A program made the position numbers and the translations under genes. This document shows positions 45,757-46,923 of a stretch of DNA of 46,923 bases, in pieces. Every line of letters starts with the position of its first letter. The first letter of the stretch is position 1. The notes beneath the pieces are model-generated. The model saw only the letters and a list, made by a program, of their open reading frames with translations. It was not told the DNA's origin and did no database searches. Origin of the DNA: Thermodesulfobacteriota bacterium (GTDB lineage Bacteria; Desulfobacterota; Desulfobulbia; Desulfobulbales; SURF-16); the NCBI GenBank assembly GCA_040755455.1, contig JBFMAY010000030.1, positions 1 through 46,923 of the forward strand. Direction: 5' to 3'.

Positions 45757-46566
45757 ATGTCGTTTGCTTATCTCAAGTCCCGCTGTTTTGTCAACGCCCC
45801 TTTCCGCTATCTCCAGGCGAATCTGGAGCGTTTTATCAGCGAGGGGATACAGCCTGAAATCGGCCTTGAAGGAGATGTCCTTTACACCGTCCAGGGCAAA
45901 GATTTTGCGTTTCTTGCCGAAAAGCTTGCGGCACATGACCTTTCCTGCACCCTGCATGCCCCTTTTTATGAGCTCTATCCGGGCAGTCTCGATCCTGAGA
46001 TCCGCCGCGTCAGCCGCAGGAAAATCCGCATGGCCTTTGAGCTGATTCCCGTCTTCAAACCCAAATCAATTGTCTGTCATCTGGGCTTTGAAGAAAACAA
46101 ACATGGGTATAAACCGGATGAGTGGTTCAAATACTCGCTGGAGGCATGGCAGGAGCTGCTGGCCATTGCCACAGAGCATGACACCCCGCTCATGCTGGAA
46201 AACACCTATGAACAGGGGCCGGCCCAACACAGGCAGATACTTGAGGCCCTTGCTTCACCCTATGCCCGTTTCTGCCTGGACGTGGGCCATGTGCTGGCCT
46301 TTGCCGGAAAAAACTGGCATGACTGGCTGCCGGAGCTGGAACCCTGGCTCGGCCAGCTTCATCTCCATGACAACCATGGCATTCGTGACACCCATCTGGC
46401 AGTGGGCAAAGGCATTTTTGATTTTGCCGGCTTTTTTTCCTATCTCAGAGGAAGGCGCCTCTCCCCCATCGTCACCCTGGAACCGCATCAGGAAAACGGG
46501 GTAAAGGAAAGCCTGCAGGCGCTGGAAAAGCTGGGAGTTGGCTCATGGCTGATGGCTGATGGCTGA
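45757..46566 (+). CDS. Sugar phosphate isomerase/epimerase-like (AP endonuclease 2 / xylose isomerase TIM barrel) protein
   Basis: TLHAPF, IVCHLG, LMLEN, CLDVGH, QLHLHDNHG.RDTHLAVGKG, TLEPH. Confidence 0.88.
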   Translation: MSFAYLKSRCFVNAPFRYLQANLERFISEGIQPEIGLEGDVLYTVQGKDFAFLAEKLAAHDLSCTLHAPFYELYPGSLDPEIRRVSRRKIRMAFELIPVFKPKSIVCHLGFEENKHGYKPDEWFKYSLEAWQELLAIATEHDTPLMLENTYEQGPAQHRQILEALASPYARFCLDVGHVLAFAGKNWHDWLPELEPWLGQLHLHDNHGIRDTHLAVGKGIFDFAGFFSYLRGRRLSPIVTLEPHQENGVKESLQALEKLGVGSWLMADG

Positions 46567-46580
46567 TGGCTCATGGATCG
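46539..46580. repeat. Heptamer tandem repeat (TGGCTSA)x5 plus one degenerate unit
   Basis: TGGCTCA TGGCTGA TGGCTGA TGGCTGA TGGCTCA TGGATCG; supplies the stop codon of the TIM-barrel gene. Confidence 0.9.
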
Positions 46581-46603
46581 GCGATGAGTCATGTTGCCAG
46601 CCG

Positions 46604-46702
46604 GACCAGTGAGACCAATTAGACCAGTAAGACCAGTAAGACTAATAAGACCAGTAAGACTAATAAGACCAGTGAGACCAGCATGACCAATCAGACCAGT
46701 CC
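46604..46702. repeat. Nonamer tandem repeat (consensus GACCAGTAA) x11 running into the dnaE start
   Basis: gaccagtga gaccaatta gaccagtaa gaccagtaa gactaataa gaccagtaa gactaataa gaccagtga gaccagcat gaccaatca gaccagtcc. Confidence 0.92.
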
Positions 46703-46923
46703 GGCCAACTTCGTCCATCTCCATGTCCACACCCAGTACAGCCTGCTTGACGGCGCTATCCGGCTGGATGATCTGCTGACAAAATGCAAGGAATACGGCA
46801 TGGACACCGTGGCCATCACCGATCATGGTTCCATGTTCGGCGCCCTGGAGTTCTATGTCAAGGCCAAGAAGGCCGGCATCAAACCCATCATCGGCTGCGA
46901 GTTTTACATCGCTCCGGAATCCC
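46683..46923 (+). CDS. dnaE: DNA polymerase III alpha subunit (PHP domain; truncated by the window edge)
   Basis: Hand translation [78 protein letters not shown]. Confidence 0.96.
   Translation, partial: MTNQTSPANFVHLHVHTQYSLLDGAIRLDDLLTKCKEYGMDTVAITDHGSMFGALEFYVKAKKAGIKPIIGCEFYIAPES

Noticed and set aside
46620..46622. Pyrrolysine recoding of the in-frame TAG upstream of dnaE
   Set aside because: No pyl genes are in view, the TAG lies in low-complexity repeat sequence, and a downstream ATG gives a normal-length DnaE N-terminus
46539..46702. CRISPR array
   Set aside because: Units are 7 and 9 nt in direct tandem with no unique spacers, and no cas genes are present

Overview
Densely coding bacterial chromosomal segment, probably from a GC-rich Desulfobacterota (deltaproteobacterial) genome; the taxon is inferred from gene content and is not proven. 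In order it holds: (1) a minus-strand chemosensory operon (soluble MCP-like protein, STAS, cheY, cheA, cheW, and a membrane MCP cut by the left edge); (2) a small conserved ORF plus a bacterial cereblon (CULT) gene; (3) an ArsC-like CxxC protein, comM/yifB, a PilZ protein and a convergent 63-aa Arg-rich protein with a sigma28-type promoter; (4) a trehalose/alpha-glucan stress operon (treZ, malQ-treY fusion, DUF5752-like protein, treT) with a divergent PfpI gene; (5) three flavin/FeS redox genes; (6) a ~22 kb LPS/surface-glycan region (waaG-like, two LPS-kinase genes, GT4/GT2s, FkbM, acyltransferases, MBOAT+SGNH pair, wxcM/fdtB-type amino-sugar genes, a GT-C membrane protein, msbA-like ABC, rfbBACD, Trm112-like); (7) a TIM-barrel gene and the 5' end of dnaE. 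I found no rRNA, tRNA, CRISPR array or transposase. The most notable observations are: a possible c-di-GMP module (MshEN-like tandem motif inside CheA, a canonical PilZ, and a FliA-driven [D/E]RR-repeat microprotein); a catalytically eroded MalQ domain fused to an intact TreY; a SECIS-like hairpin behind a Cys codon in a family I recall containing selenoproteins; and four 7-9-mer tandem/inverted repeat elements at gene junctions, one of which encodes an Arg-Pro leader ORF overlapping the dnaE start. All calls come from motif reading without database searches.
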